Positions 11,553 to 24,483 of a stretch of 64,000 bases of DNA are shown here, piece by piece. Positions within the stretch are counted from its first letter, which is position 1, and each line of letters begins with the position of its first letter. The notes under the pieces were generated by a model. It worked only from the letters and a program-made list of their open reading frames with translations. It was not told where the DNA came from and searched no databases. The translations under genes were made by a program, and so were the position numbers. This DNA is from Raja brachyura (lineage: Eukaryota), in contig OY740812.1 in NCBI GenBank assembly GCA_963514005.1, positions 30,876,001 to 30,940,000 of the forward strand, written 5' to 3'.

Positions 11553-11752
11553 GGGTTACACAAAAAGCTGGAGAAACTCAGCGGATGCAGCAGCATCTAA
11601 GGGGCGAAGGAGATAGGCGACGTTTCGGGTCGAGACCCTTCTTCAGACTCAGTCTCAGTCTGAAGAAGGGTCTCGACCCGAAACGTCGCCTATCTCCTTC
11701 GCCCCTTAGATGCTGCTGCACCCGCTGAGTTTCTCCAGCTCTTTGTGTAACC
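11553..11752. repeat. Near-perfect ~200-bp inverted pair of Penelope-derived mini-elements with a hammerhead core on each strand (11615-11650 minus; 11656-11691 plus)
   Basis: gggttacacaaaaagctggag...cttcagact / cagtctc / agtctgaag...ctttgtgtaaccc; arms are reverse complements with few mismatches. Confidence 0.88.
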
Positions 11753-13118
11753 CTCGATTCTCCAGCATCTGCAGTTCCTTCTTTAACACGGAGGGTGAGA
11801 GATGTTCAGACGAAGAGCACTGCCAGAGGTGATCAGAAGGCGCTGAAGAGCAGTCGGTTCTGGTGTTGGGTCCCGGTGGCCGCTCGCACCCGAGCTGCTT
11901 CTATCCCCGGAAGTGGCGGCCAGTTCTGCTGTCCTTGCCCGGAGCGCTGCGGCAGCGGTGAGTGAGTTTGATATGATCTCTGTCCCCCTCCTTCTCAAAA
12001 CTTCTCCCTTCTCGCATATTTAACCCCTGCCACAGGCTCCCCACACGCTGTGAAAGGAACTCCCCCTCCAATTGGACCCTTGAATTAGTATTGTCATTCC
12101 ATAAGATGACAACTGATTCAACGTCCCGATGTGCTCCCGTTTTTCCCACCATCTCTCCACCTGCCTTCATCCTCCGTCCCCCACCCATTCAGTAATTAAA
12201 AAAATGAAGGAGATTTAGAACCCTTGGGAAATTTGAATTGTTACTTATTTTTATTTTTTTACGAAGAGAACAATCTGCGCATGCGCGGTTTTAAGATTTT
12301 TTGAAAGCCGGCTGACTGCCTACCCTGAGTAATTACTCACGGCACGTGCCTGGTCACAGATTACATCACAGCATTGCCACGTTACCACATGTAATATATC
12401 AAATGCTAAACACTATCATGCATTCAGCACAAGTTTGCTGCATTATCATGGTCACTCATTAAGCACTAATTTGCTGGTATTGTTATTTGACCAATTTAAT
12501 CATGCCTTCCCACTGGCCACTTGTTCTACAAAGGTATATACACTAGAACAAATGGATAAAGCTAGATCAAACGATTAGGTGGGAATCATCTTGGAAACCT
12601 ACAATGCATTTATTTGATTATACTGGCCCCCTTCCTCCAGGGCTGCATGCGGAATTTAATCTGAGAGAAATATAATCATTTGTGTGAGATATTGACCATT
12701 TATTTTCAGACCCAGTGTGTGAAGGATATGGTTAGTGTGAGGGGATCTCCGGTCGGTGTGGACTCAGAATGCCGAAGGGCCTGTTTCCATGCTGTATCTC
12801 TAAACTAAATAAAACATGAAGTCCATTCACTTTCTCCACAGCAAATATTCAGATACAGGTACTCACATGGATCCAAGCTACAAAGCTCTTTTGTGGGGTG
12901 TGGGGAAAAAGCCCTTTCTTTCTCGATCCCCCTCCTTCACCACTTTCCCAGTACATTGATGATTATATTAGCGCTGCTTTGGATTCTTATACAGAACTTG
13001 AAAGTTTAATTACCATTGTTGCTAACCTCAACAATTATTGCTCTGACTTTCGCAAGGTTCCTTGCTCAGATTCCCTTTCCATTTCTTCACCTCTGGTCCT
13101 CCACTTCAGGATTACTTA

Positions 13119-13419
13119 AGGGCCTGTCCCACTTTCCCGAGTCCTCTGCCGAGTTGAAAGGACCATAAAAAAAAAAATTCAAGATTTTTGTGTTCTATGA
13201 ACTCCTCCTCCCGACTATCTTTTTACTCATGGACTTTTTTGTCATGCTGGAAAAAACGTCCCGACTTACCTGATGGCCCCAGTACCTACGGTTGACATAA
13301 CGAGCCGCTACGATATATCTACGGACTCCTACGGCCTCGCTACGGACATTCTCCGAGTTTGAATCGAGGGGAAAACTCAGGAGAATTTGTGAGGAACTCG
13401 GGAATGTGGGACAGGCCCT
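13119..13419. mobile_element. PIF/Harbinger-type MITE
   Basis: TIR AGGGCCTGTCCCAC (13119-13132) / GTGGGACAGGCCCT (13406-13419); TTA on both flanks (3-bp TWA TSD). Confidence 0.88.
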
Positions 13420-13673
13420 TTAGTGATTAATATCCATTGCAAGTCCATATAACTGTGCAGGACAGTTCTAGTGTACAGGGTGATTGCTGGTCAGAGTGGA
13501 TTCGGTAGGCCAATGGGCCTGTTTCCACGTTGTATCACTAAAGTCCAAAATCTAATAGTCTAATTAGTTTAGTCACCAATAATGTGTGAAAATTTGGTGA
13601 TGTCAAGTCGACTTCTATTACTTTAAATCATTGCAGGAAAGAAATACATGTATATTGTCTGTTTTGCTTTCAG

Positions 13674-13973
13674 GTGTGTTCTGTGCGGAGCAGAAGGTCA
13701 AGTACTCTGAGCCGTACCGCGCTGTTATCAAAGGAAACAATGTGACTCTGCGGTGCTCCTTTGACAACTTACCTGATGACAATAAGTGCCACATCAAATG
13801 GTATAAAGACGGAAAAACCCCCATTGAATTGAAAGGCACAACAAACAACAACTGTGAAGCCTTGCTGAGAATTTACAATGCAAAGACATTTCATTCAGGG
13901 ATTTACTACTGCGAATTGCAAACAAACACCAAATCGGTAGTCCAGTGTGCAGCAGAATTGAGCGTGCAACCAA
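13674..13973 (+). CDS. CD79B: CD79B coding exon 2, extracellular Ig domain (300 nt, phase 1-1)
   Basis: Acceptor tctgttttgctttcag|, donor A|GTGAGT; encodes VTLRC...IKWYK...LLRI...SGIYYC...VVQCAAELSV (B-strand Cys, C-strand Trp, F-strand YYC, G-strand Cys matching the Ig-beta interchain Cys in 'QGCGTELRV'). Confidence 0.92.
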
Positions 13974-16390
13974 GTGAGTAAAAGCAATATCCTATCAGGA
14001 TGCTCACCTGCTGTTTCAACATTTTTAGAATACACATCTTTAAGTTCATAATTTTTCTTTCATAACTCATGCATATTCCAACATCTGCAATTTTATTTGT
14101 TTTCCATGAATTCCTCTTTAGTTTAGTTTAATTTAGAGACACAGCACGGAAACAGGCCCTTTGGCCCACCGAGTCTATGCCGGCCGGCGATCCCTGTACA
14201 CTAGCAGTGTCCTGCACGCTAGGGACAATTTACAATTTTAGCAAAGCCAGTTAACCTACAAACATGCATGTTTTTAGAGTGTGGGAGGAAACCGCAACCC
14301 CCCGGAGAAAACCAACGCGGTCACAGGGAGAATGTGCAAACTCCGTACAGACAGCACCTAGGTGCCACATTTTCAGGGAAACTACTTCAGGAGATCTCGA
14401 GTGCGCTCTCGTAATTTTGCCCAAATTGAAGGAGGTGCTAGACCACTAGTTCCAGGAAAATCGATGGTGGGCCTGTATCATCACCAGTGGTTAGAGTAAA
14501 AATGCAATTCAGGCAAAACCCTTGTGGTGATGCTGTTCAATGTAAATTGGAAATAGCAGTGAAAATGTGCAAATTGGGATAAAGTAAAGTACACTGGACT
14601 GTGTCACCCTCATTTACAAGGTGAAGTTTTTGGTCATCAGCACAGGCTGTTGTAGCAACCGCTGTCCCCATTGTTTGGCAATCCCAATTGTTGAGTGTCG
14701 TTTGCCTCCTCCTCTCAACACACCAGCCCCCATTGCACCACTCCCTGTCAACTCAAGGATTTCATTTGAACTCACCTGGTTCACAAGGAATGTCATGACA
14801 ACACTGTGTAAACTTTTTTTTTAACAGGCAAAATAATTGTATGTTCAGTATCGAAATACAACAGTTGAGAAAATCTGTCCTGCAACCAAATTTGATGGAT
14901 TAACACCAGACTTTCAACTAGTCCGGCTGACTCAGGATGTTGGTGGTGCTCAGATGGCAGATTGGACAACTATTGGATTTTACTGCCTTTGATACCCAAA
15001 CGCATTTAAAACATTTTTTCATTTTGATTTGATTCCAAAAATACAGCATAGAAACAGGCCCTTCGGCCCACCAAATCCATGCCAACCATCGGTTATTTAT
15101 TCACACTAGTTCTATGTTATCCCGCTTTTTCATCCATCCCCTGCATACAGAAAGCAATTTACAGAGGCCAATTAACCTACACAACCACACAACAGGAGCA
15201 CCGGAAGAAAACCAGACAGTTACAGGGAGAACGTGCAAACTCCACACAGACAGCACCCGAGGTCAGGATCGAAACTGGGCCTCTGCCACAATGAGGCATG
15301 GACTCCAGTAGTATTGGAATAATTTAAGGAAAGTTAGAGAAGGAAAGCTCTAGCGAATTTAGAGTATGCAGGAAGTGCAGTCCAATAAATTTAATGGAAG
15401 CATGGGAAACAGATTCTGAATGAAATTAAACAGGTTTAAAAGAAGTATGTGAAATGTCTCCAATGCGTTTATAGGGATTGCTCAAAATATGTCCGAGTTG
15501 GGGAGCCAGGGCCAGGTTAGTTTAAAATGAGTGCAGAATTGAGTGCCCTGGTAAGTTTAGAAGGAGGTGAGGAAAGAGGCACTTTAAAGGGTTTAAAGAG
15601 GATGGTAGGAACATCACGTTACAAGCCAGATGCCAAACCACTGAGATTTCAAAATAGTCGGATAATTAGACGTCTAGTTTAGTTATGGTGTCACTAAATT
15701 ATGTCAGGAAAATAAAATCTGAGCCAATATTCCAACACCTTCCAACCTTCTATCAAAACAGTACAATCAGAAAATGTTCCATTGAAACGTATTACTTTCA
15801 ATCTAATTTACTGTTTACATTGCGCCTCAGCTGAGAAGGAAATTGCAACTAGGTCAGATCTGTGCCCTTGAAAGCAACAAAAACTGTAGACTTTGTCAAT
15901 CCGTAAACAAAAACAAACAATACTGAAAAGTGCAGCTCAGGCAGAGAGAGAAATAAGGTTAATAGTGTCACCCAGCGTGGAAGCAGGACCTTCAGCCCAA
16001 CTTGCCAACATCTCCCATCTACACTAGTCCCACCCACCAGCGTTTGGCCCTTATCCTTCTAAACCTGTCCTATCCATGTACATGTCTAATTGTTTCTTAA
16101 ACATTGCAAGAGTCCCTGCTTTAACTACTTCATCTGGCAGCTCGTTCCACACCCACCATCCTTTGTATGAAAAAGCTATCCCTCAGGTTCCTATTAAATC
16201 TTTCCCCCCTCACCTTAAACCTATGTCCTCTGATTCTCCACTCCCCTACTTTGGGAAAGATACTTTGTGCTTCTACCCAATCTAATTATTTTATACACCT
16301 CTATAACATCACCCCTAATGTCCTGCGCTCCAAGAAATAGAGTTCCAGCCAGCTCAGACCCTCAAGCCCTGGCAACATCCTCATAAATCT

Positions 16391-16518
16391 GGAGGAAGGA
16401 ACTGCAGATGCTTGTATAAACCGAAGATAGGCATAAAAAGCTGGAGTAACTCAGCGGGACAAGCAGCATCTCTGGAAAGAAGGAATGGTGATGTTTTGGG
16501 TTGAGACCCTTCTTCAGA
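16391..16518 (-). mobile_element. Penelope-derived hammerhead mini-element with 11-bp TSD, inserted in a CR1 fragment
   Basis: TSD CTCATAAATCT at 16380-16390 and 16519-16529. Confidence 0.8.
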
Positions 16519-16942
16519 CTCATAAATCTTCACTGCACTTCACAGTGCGATGATATTTTGACTGAACCAAGAAAAAGTTAATGCTTGAGGCTCAGCTGTT
16601 CAGTTGCGATTATGAAAGAAGCCTTAATTTCCATTTCCTCTGCCTTTAATGTCAACTGCTTTCATACTGGGCAGCTGATTACATGCACGTCATGGGCTGC
16701 ACGATTACACTGACACCTTCATCTTTCAATGTTTAGCAATTGAAATCATCTGAATTGAACATCAAACTCTTTATCAAATCTAGGCTTTTACAGTGCTAAT
16801 TTTTAAATCTTTGTTTGATGTTTGTGATCTGCTTCAATATGGTTTGCCCCAGCGGGTCTGTGCATTACGGGAAAGTTTAGGGACCATTTTTAAATTGGGT
16901 ATTAAATGATCAGGGAGGAGCCTACTTTAGGAAGAAGGAAGC

Positions 16943-17330
16943 ATAGAAACATAGAACATAGGTGCAGGAGGAGGCCATTCGGCACTTCGAACCAGCACCG
17001 CCATTCATTGTGATCATGGCTGTTCATCCCCAATCAATAACCCGTGCCTGCCTTCTCCCCATATCCCTTGATTCCACTAGCCCTTAGAGCTCTGTCTAAC
17101 TCTCTCTTAAATCCATCCAGTGATTTGGCCTCCACTGCCCTCTGTGGCAGGGAATTCCACAAATTCACAACTCTCTGGGTGAAAAAGTTTTTTCTCACCT
17201 CAGTCTTAAATGGCCTCCCCTTTATTCTAAGACTGTGGCCCCTGCTTCTGGACTCGCCCAACATTGGGAACATTTTTCCTGCATCTAGCTTGTCCAGTCC
17301 TTTTATAATTTTATATGTTTCTATAAGATC
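16943..17330 (-). mobile_element. CR1 LINE 3' fragment (similar copies at 4373-4642 and 27655-28000 minus; 3715-3950 and 18682-19035 plus)
   Basis: ORF 17034-17273 'MFPMLGESRSRGHSLRIKGRPFKTEVRKNFFTQRVVNLWNSLPQ'; tail atagaaacatagaacat. Confidence 0.88.
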
Positions 17331-20300
17331 CTGTAAGATTCTACAACAAGCAGTTAGGATGCTTTTTGATTGAAATCTTTGTGCTGGAACTACTAAAGAA
17401 TCAATTTGCCACAGTTTTCTGATTGTGTGAGGATCTGGATTGTTGATGGGTTAGCGGTGTAGATGGGAAGCCATTCCCAAATTGAATTGAATTGCATGGG
17501 GGTCAGGAGCACAGCCACTAAGTGTTGAGTTATTATAATTGGCCATTCACAACACTGGAATGGGATAAATGCAGGAATCGCAGAGAGTTGCAGTACTGAG
17601 GGAAGAAACTGAGACAGGGACATTACAGACCAAACTGCAAAATAAAGACAACACAATCAAGGCCTCACTAGACTTAAAGCCAATGAAGGTCTGTGTTCAT
17701 TGGGAATGGACAAATTGAACTTGATCCTAGATTAGGACGTGAGATGCAGAGAATAATGGTGAGGTCAGCCAGAAGGGATTTTGATTAGTCAGATCAAACA
17801 AATACACAAACATGAATGAGAGTTTCAGTAGAAGGTGAGTTGAAATAAAGTCAAAGATGAAGTATGTTATGCAGGCAGAGATAAGTGAAATAGATGAGAA
17901 CAATTAAGAAAGCATATGGCATTTTGTAGGTTATTTCGACAAGAGTACAACTTATATTTATGTTAGTATTAACTAATTATATTAACATTTGAAGTCAATC
18001 TAGTTTAAGATAGACTTTGGTGCAGGTGTCTTACTTTATTTTCAAACATTGGGTGAGAAAGCAAAGAAACTCCAATGTAATATGTCTCCAAGTAATTCCC
18101 TTCCATTTCCCATCTAACATCGAAAAAGAAAGTGTCACTTTGGTAGTGAGCCATAACACTAGGGCATTGCCTGACTGGCACTGGGGTGAAGGAGACATTA
18201 GATCTTGGTGTAAGGGTACGAGGTTATAAAAAGCACTTAATAGAAGTAAGACTATATTTATAAAAATAGGCACTAATGTCAAAGTTCAATTATGGGTGGA
18301 TGGAATTGACAGGACAAGAGAATCATATGATGTTGCTTATACCGACCCTGCAGTGCTGTGCAAAGCTCATGTCTCCATCTTATATTGAGGTACCAGAAAT
18401 TAAATTGAGGCTTTCCACTTTTAATCAGACTGGAGCTCATTTCCCTTGAAGAAGAACGTGGTAACAAGATGATGGAACACCATCGAACACATTATAATTC
18501 AATGCGTTTAGTTTTGAGATGCAGCGCGAAAACAGGCCCTTCGGCCCACCAGGTCCACGCCGACCACATAAACATTATCCCACACACATTAGGAACAATT
18601 TATTTTACAGTTTACCAAGCAAATTAACCTACAAACCTGTACGTCTTTGGAATGTGGGAGAAAACAGAAGATCTCCGAGAAAAGGATTGGACAAGCTAGA
18701 TGCAGGAAAAAAATTCCCAATGTTGGGGGAATCTAGAACCAGGAGCCACAGTCTAAGAATAATGGGGAGGCCATTTAAAACAATGAGAAAATTTTTTTTC
18801 ACCCAGTTGGGAATTTGTGGAATTGTCTGCCACGGAAGTCAGTGAAGGCCAATTAACTGGATGAATTTAAAAGAGAGTTAGATAAAGCTCTTGGGGCTAG
18901 CAGAATCAAGGGATATGGGGAAAAGGCAGGCACAGGTTACTGATTGTGGATGATAAGCCATGATCACAATGAATGGCGGTGCTGGCTCAAAGGGACGAAT
19001 GGCCTCCTCCTGCACCTATTTTCTATGTTTCTATTATTCTATTAAAACCCACGCAGATCATGGGGTGAACGTACAAACTCTGTACAGCCGGCACCCGTAG
19101 TCGGGATCGAACCTGGGTCTCCAGCTCTGCAAGCGCAGTAAGGCAGCAACTCCACCACTGCTCCACCGTGCTGCCCAGGGTAAACAAGATAAACATGAGC
19201 AGAAAGATACGATTGGGTTACAAAGGGGGTGGTGGAAAGATGATTCAGTGCAGTATAAATGTCAACATTGTCCATTTGGATGGCTATTTTCTGTTATATA
19301 AGTTTTATGTAATTTCCCTTCGTCCGCCACTATAAATGGACGAAGTTATAGATTTCTCAGCCTTTCTTTCTTTACCTGTCAGGTAAATTCTGTCCATGGA
19401 TGGTTGGGTAGGGGCCGAATGTACAATTCTTTTAGCTTTATTCATCACTTCAATAGCATTTTTCGTGTAACAATGACAATATCAGAGAGAAAATTTTCTT
19501 AGAAGTCCATTAATTGAGAGATTATTGGGTTTAGAATAGAACTCGGGGCAAAATCCAAAAAAAAACAATAGTTTAGTTTAGAAATAGAGCCTGGAAACAG
19601 GCCCTTCGGTCCACCGAGTCCATGTCGACCCATACTACTAATTCCATCCTACACATTAAGGACAATTTGAGGAAGTCAATTAATCTACAAACATACATGT
19701 CTTTAGAATGTGGGAAGAAACCGCTTCACCTGGAAGAATCCCATGCGGTCACAGGGAGAACATGCAATCAGCATTCAGAGTCAGGATCGTTCCTGGATTT
19801 CTGGCGCTGTAAGGCAGCAACGCCACCGCTACACTACTGTGCCATCCACAATTACATCTGCACTGCATAAATGACCATAAAGAGAAACATTAGTAAAGTT
19901 TAATGACATGTTAATCACAATGATAACTAAGTTAAAGATGTAAATAAAACTGATGACACCATCGTACATGACAGATGTGGAAATGTTTCTCCATTAATCT
20001 GATTTGAATATTCACGCAAATACACATGAAAAGTTTAAATATGGTGGACTGCTGAATAATAATTTATCTTTTCATATTACATAAAGTGACTATAATAATC
20101 AGGCAAATCCATCCCATCTGCTTTCACTAGAGGTGTATTAACATAACTTATAGATGGAAAGGGCATTGACCCAAACACTGACTGGTTTCTCCTTCCACAG
20201 ATGCTGCTTCACTGGTTGTGTTCTTCCAGCATTTCTGTTTTTGTTGTATTTATATAGCAATGTATACGTCCCTAAGCAACACAAAGTCATGGAATAATTA

Positions 20301-21371
20301 TAGCAGTGAGCCGTGAAGCCCTGCACTGCATGGTCCCACAAATGTGAATGATCTCAGTTTTGACAGATTGGTTTTGAAAGGTAAATGAGAAGGGAATAGT
20401 ACTGAAATCTGAATTTAATACAGAACATTCTAGAGGTACTCAGCAAGTCAGGCAGTATCAGTGGAGAAAGAAACAGAGCTAATGTTCAGAAGGATTAACT
20501 TACATTTGTACCAATGGATAAATATTAATCAAAGAACATAGAACATTGAACAGTACAGCACTGGGGGCAACGGTAGAGTTGCTGCCTTACAGCACCGAAA
20601 CCCGGGTTTAATCCTGACTGCGGGTGGATGAACGAATGAATGCTTTATTTTCACATGTGACAAGTCACAGTGAAATTCCTTGCTATTACCAAGGTATGCA
20701 AATAGTCACCACAAAAAGAGCATACTCACTGCCATGTGGTCCATCCTCATCCGCTGGGTGGCGTCCTCATTGACCGCTACACCAACCTCCCTACTATCAC
20801 CGCCAGATCCCCTCCTGACACCTCCGTGGCATCGACCCAGGGGCCGGTCGTGGGCTCAGCTGACCCAGCTCCGTCAGCCACGGGCTCCGTCGACGTCTGG
20901 CTCCTGCTCCGGCCCAGGCTTCTCCGCGGCCTCCTGGGAGACGTCTGCATCACCTCCGTGAGGCTCCGTTGGAGCCAGACCAAGCAAAAGGCCCTTGAAG
21001 CCTGCTCTACCATTTATCAAGATTATGGTTGAATTTCCATCTCAGCACCATCTTTTTAGATTACCCACCACACCCCTTGATTCTTTCAATATCCAAATCA
21101 GCGAAGGATAAAACTCTGTTCCTAATGAACTTCTGTGTGAGCCTCCACAGTCCTACAAATGATGCACCATCCACTGAATGAAGACACATCTCCTCAACTT
21201 AGACTATGTTCAGACTATGAGTCTTGGTACTAGACGCATCAGCCAGCATAAACAGTTTCATCAATCCAGCCTGACAAACATTTGTGAGTTGCAATGACAT
21301 TACTTCGAATTCTTCTAAACTCCAGTAAATACTCCAGACCTTGCAAATTTAATCTCTCCTCGTTGATGTTC

Positions 21372-21968
21372 AGGCATGGAATACTGAGGCTCTATAAGGC
21401 ACTGGTCAGACCGCATTTGGAGTATTGTGAGCAATTTTAGACCCCATTTCTGAGGAAGGAGGTATTGGCATTGGAAAAGGTCTGGAGGAGGTTTACGAGA
21501 ATGAACCCAGGGATGTTTGGGTTAACATATAATCAGCGTTTGATGGCACTGGAACTGTACTCACTGTAGTTTAGAAGGATAAGGTGGAACCTCATTGTAA
21601 CTTACCGAATAGTGAAAGGCCTTGATAGAGATGATGTTGAGAGGATGTTTCCACTAGTGGGAGAGTCTAGGACCAGAGGGCACGGCCTCAGAATAAAAGG
21701 ACATACTGTTAGAGAGGAAATGAGAAGGCATTTCTTTAGTCTGAGGGTGGTGAATGTGTGGAATTTATTGCCACAGAAGGCTGTGGAGGATGTCATTGGG
21801 TATTTTTAAGGTGAAGATTAACGGATTCTTGATTAGTGAGGATGTCAGGAGTTATGGGGAGAAGGCAGGAAAATGGGGTTGAGAGGGAGAGATAGATCAG
21901 CTATGAATGAATGGTGGAGTAAACTCGATGGGCTGAATGGCCTATTTCTGCTCCTAAGACTTATGAAC
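21372..21968 (+). mobile_element. CR1 LINE 3' fragment
   Basis: 'MFPLVGESRTRGHGLRIKG' and typical CR1 3' UTR. Confidence 0.85.
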
Positions 21969-22794
21969 TCATTCAGCAAACCTGCCATCCCTGGAACCAG
22001 TCAAGTGACCTTTCCCTCCACTCCCTTGATTGCAAATGCATTCCTTCTGGAGACCAAACCTGTACTTTAGTTGCAGTCCCACCAAGGCCCTATATTGTGC
22101 AGCATGACTTCATTACTTCTGTACTCAAAGACATCCTTTATTTCCATTATCGCTTGTTGGACCACCATGTCCACTTTCTATAACTTGTGTGCAAGAACTC
22201 TGTGGTGCTATTGGACATCAATCTAGGTGATATCACAATGTTTTCACATTATTTCTACCAGCCATGAGGTTTGTTCACTGACTCACTTTGTTCAAACTGG
22301 CTCTCTGAGATTTGATTCTGGACTTACTTTGTCTTTAGCATGAATGTGGATGGAGGGCACAGGGTGAGCACAGTGATATCAATCAACATGCAATCCCCTC
22401 TTGGACAAATCTCTAGGGAAATGTTTCTGTGGATACAAGGCTCACAAACAGCATGGTTTTAGAACATTGAAGTAGAGTCTAGTGCATTGAAGAATGGTTT
22501 AGAGGGATTATGTGCAAATCACAGACAGGTGGGAGTAGTGTAGATGGGGCATCCTGGTTGGCATGGGAAGTTGGGCCAGAGGGCCTGTTTCTGTGCTGGA
22601 TGACTCTAGAATTATTTCTGTCATGCATTATCTAACAAAAATACTCATGACAGAACGTCAATAAATAGAAGCGGACCATTAGTGGTCAGTTGTAATTCCC
22701 ACACGAAACAAGAACTCTTCTTCATTTGGATGCAAGTCGATGGAATCAGTTTTTCCTTGACATGTAACTAAGTGAAATACAATGTTCACGATAA

Positions 22795-23633
22795 AGGGCC
22801 TGTCCCACTGTACCAGGCAATTCAAGAGTTCTCCCGAGTTCTCGTCTGATTCGAGCTCATGTAACGTACGTAGCGGGTACGTAGGAGCTCGTGGATGTCA
22901 CGGAGCGGCTCGTACGAGTAACGGAAGTACTCGGGAAATCCGGTAAACTCGTGACGTTTTTTCAACGCTGTGAAAAATGTCCACGAGTAAAAAAATACTC
23001 GTGATGAAAAAAATTGTTACTTTTTACTCGTACGAGTCCCTATGTCCCCGCTACGTACATTACACGAGCTTGAACCAGAGGAGAACTCGGGAGAACTCTT
23101 GAATTACCTCGTACAGTGGGATAGACCCTTTAGGGGACTACAGGCGACTACAGGCGACTAGGCTGTTGCCACATGGTTGCCGGGGTGTCGACTGTATGAT
23201 CTCCTCAGTCGCCCAAAGAATCGTAGAGTCTTTCTGGTCGCCGCGGAATTTTGAAATGTTCAAAACTTTTCGGCAACCGTTGTCTTGATGCCAATGGGGG
23301 TAGACTGATGTAGCCTGATGTAGCATGATGTAGGTGCTGTCTCCAGGATGATGTAGGATGTCGCCAGGATGACGTAGGTAGTTGCCGGCGATTACATTGG
23401 TGAATTCCATTAAAGTTATATTACAGATGATTTAAATTTGAATGTTATTATAATATTTTTGGATCCACAATTGTATGTTAAAGTTATATTGTAGATAATT
23501 TGAATTTGAATGTTATTTTAATATTTTTGTATGCACTGTTGTATGTCGTACAGTCGCCGTTTTTTTGGCAACCTGCAATGACTATGACAGTCGTGGCAGT
23601 CGCCTAAAAAATTGCCTAAGTGGGACAGGCCCT
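22795..23633. mobile_element. Composite PIF/Harbinger MITE (complete MITE 22795-23129 fused to the right part of a second MITE family)
   Basis: Left TIR AGGGCCTGTCCCAC at 22795; internal right TIR ending 23129; outer right TIR GTGGGACAGGCCCT ending 23633; TAA at 22792-22794 and 23634-23636. Confidence 0.82.
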
Positions 23634-24483
23634 TAAATCTCCCGATTTCCTCCCGGAAATGTAGCAAAACACCGGGAAAATGGGGTAAATGGTCAATACC
23701 ACGTTTTCTCCAAATGACTGGCTGGGAATAGAGTAGAGAATAGAGAAAGCTCGTAAGATTTATCTGAATAACTCCTGACAGACATTTCCTCTTACGTATA
23801 TAATTAGTCATTCTCACCACCTTCCTGTGCACCAGGTGTCAGTGGAGCTTAAATGCAAATATGCTTGAGGAAGGTACAGTCCCTACAGAAATGACAACCT
23901 GCCTGGACGGCCCTAGAATCAAAGTTTAGTCACCTGAACACTTTGGTAAATAATCCAGAAGGAACGTATATGGTTTCTTGTGAAGGAAGGAACTGCAGAT
24001 GCTGGTTTAAACCGACGATAGACTCAAAGTGCTGGAGTAAGTCAGCGGGACAGGCAGCATCTCTGGAGAGAAGGAATGGGTGACGTTTCGGGTCGTGTCT
24101 GAAGAAGGGTCTCAACCCGAAAAGTCACCCATTCTTTTCCAGAGATTCTGCCTGTCCCACTGAGTTACTCTAGCACTTTGTGTCTGGTTTCTTCCCTTGT
24201 CACAAGAACAAGCAGGGCATGAGACACCACAATACAATGTGAATCTATTACAGGTATGATCTGGTGAAATCACTTGATAGATTAAGCAATAGAGTAGAGG
24301 GACATGATACAATATGCTTTGTAACCACCAATACTGATAGATCAATCATGCAGGTGGAGGGCAACAGTTCAGATGGAGATTGAAATCTGTGATGAATGCA
24401 GTCAGTATTCCTCACATATTGTGCTGAGATGGATCACAATGGTGTCCTGTTGTAAAAAATGCTTTTCCATATGTTCCCTTCAG

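Larger units (their letters stand above)
9377..12352. mobile_element. Non-autonomous hAT-type DNA transposon (2976 bp) with internal cargo
   Basis: Perfect 14-bp TIR CAGGCACGTGCCGT (9377-9390 / 12339-12352); perfect 8-bp TSD GTCACAGA (9369-9376 / 12353-12360); subterminal CTGCCTACCCTGA at both ends; no transposase ORF. Confidence 0.92.

Noticed and set aside
9523-12188. Dense overlapping 60-120-aa ORFs in the GC-rich block
   Set aside because: Products of GC-rich repeated sequence within the non-autonomous hAT; no transposase or other domain motifs.
13631-13981. 116-aa ORF as a stand-alone secreted Ig protein
   Set aside because: The start is TTG in intronic sequence and the apparent leader is the polypyrimidine tract; splice sites at 13674 and 13973 make it an internal CD79B exon.
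19319-19346. 8-bp hairpin CTTCGTCC...GGACGAAG
   Set aside because: Too short to be significant in 64 kb, and it lacks a hammerhead or other recognisable core.
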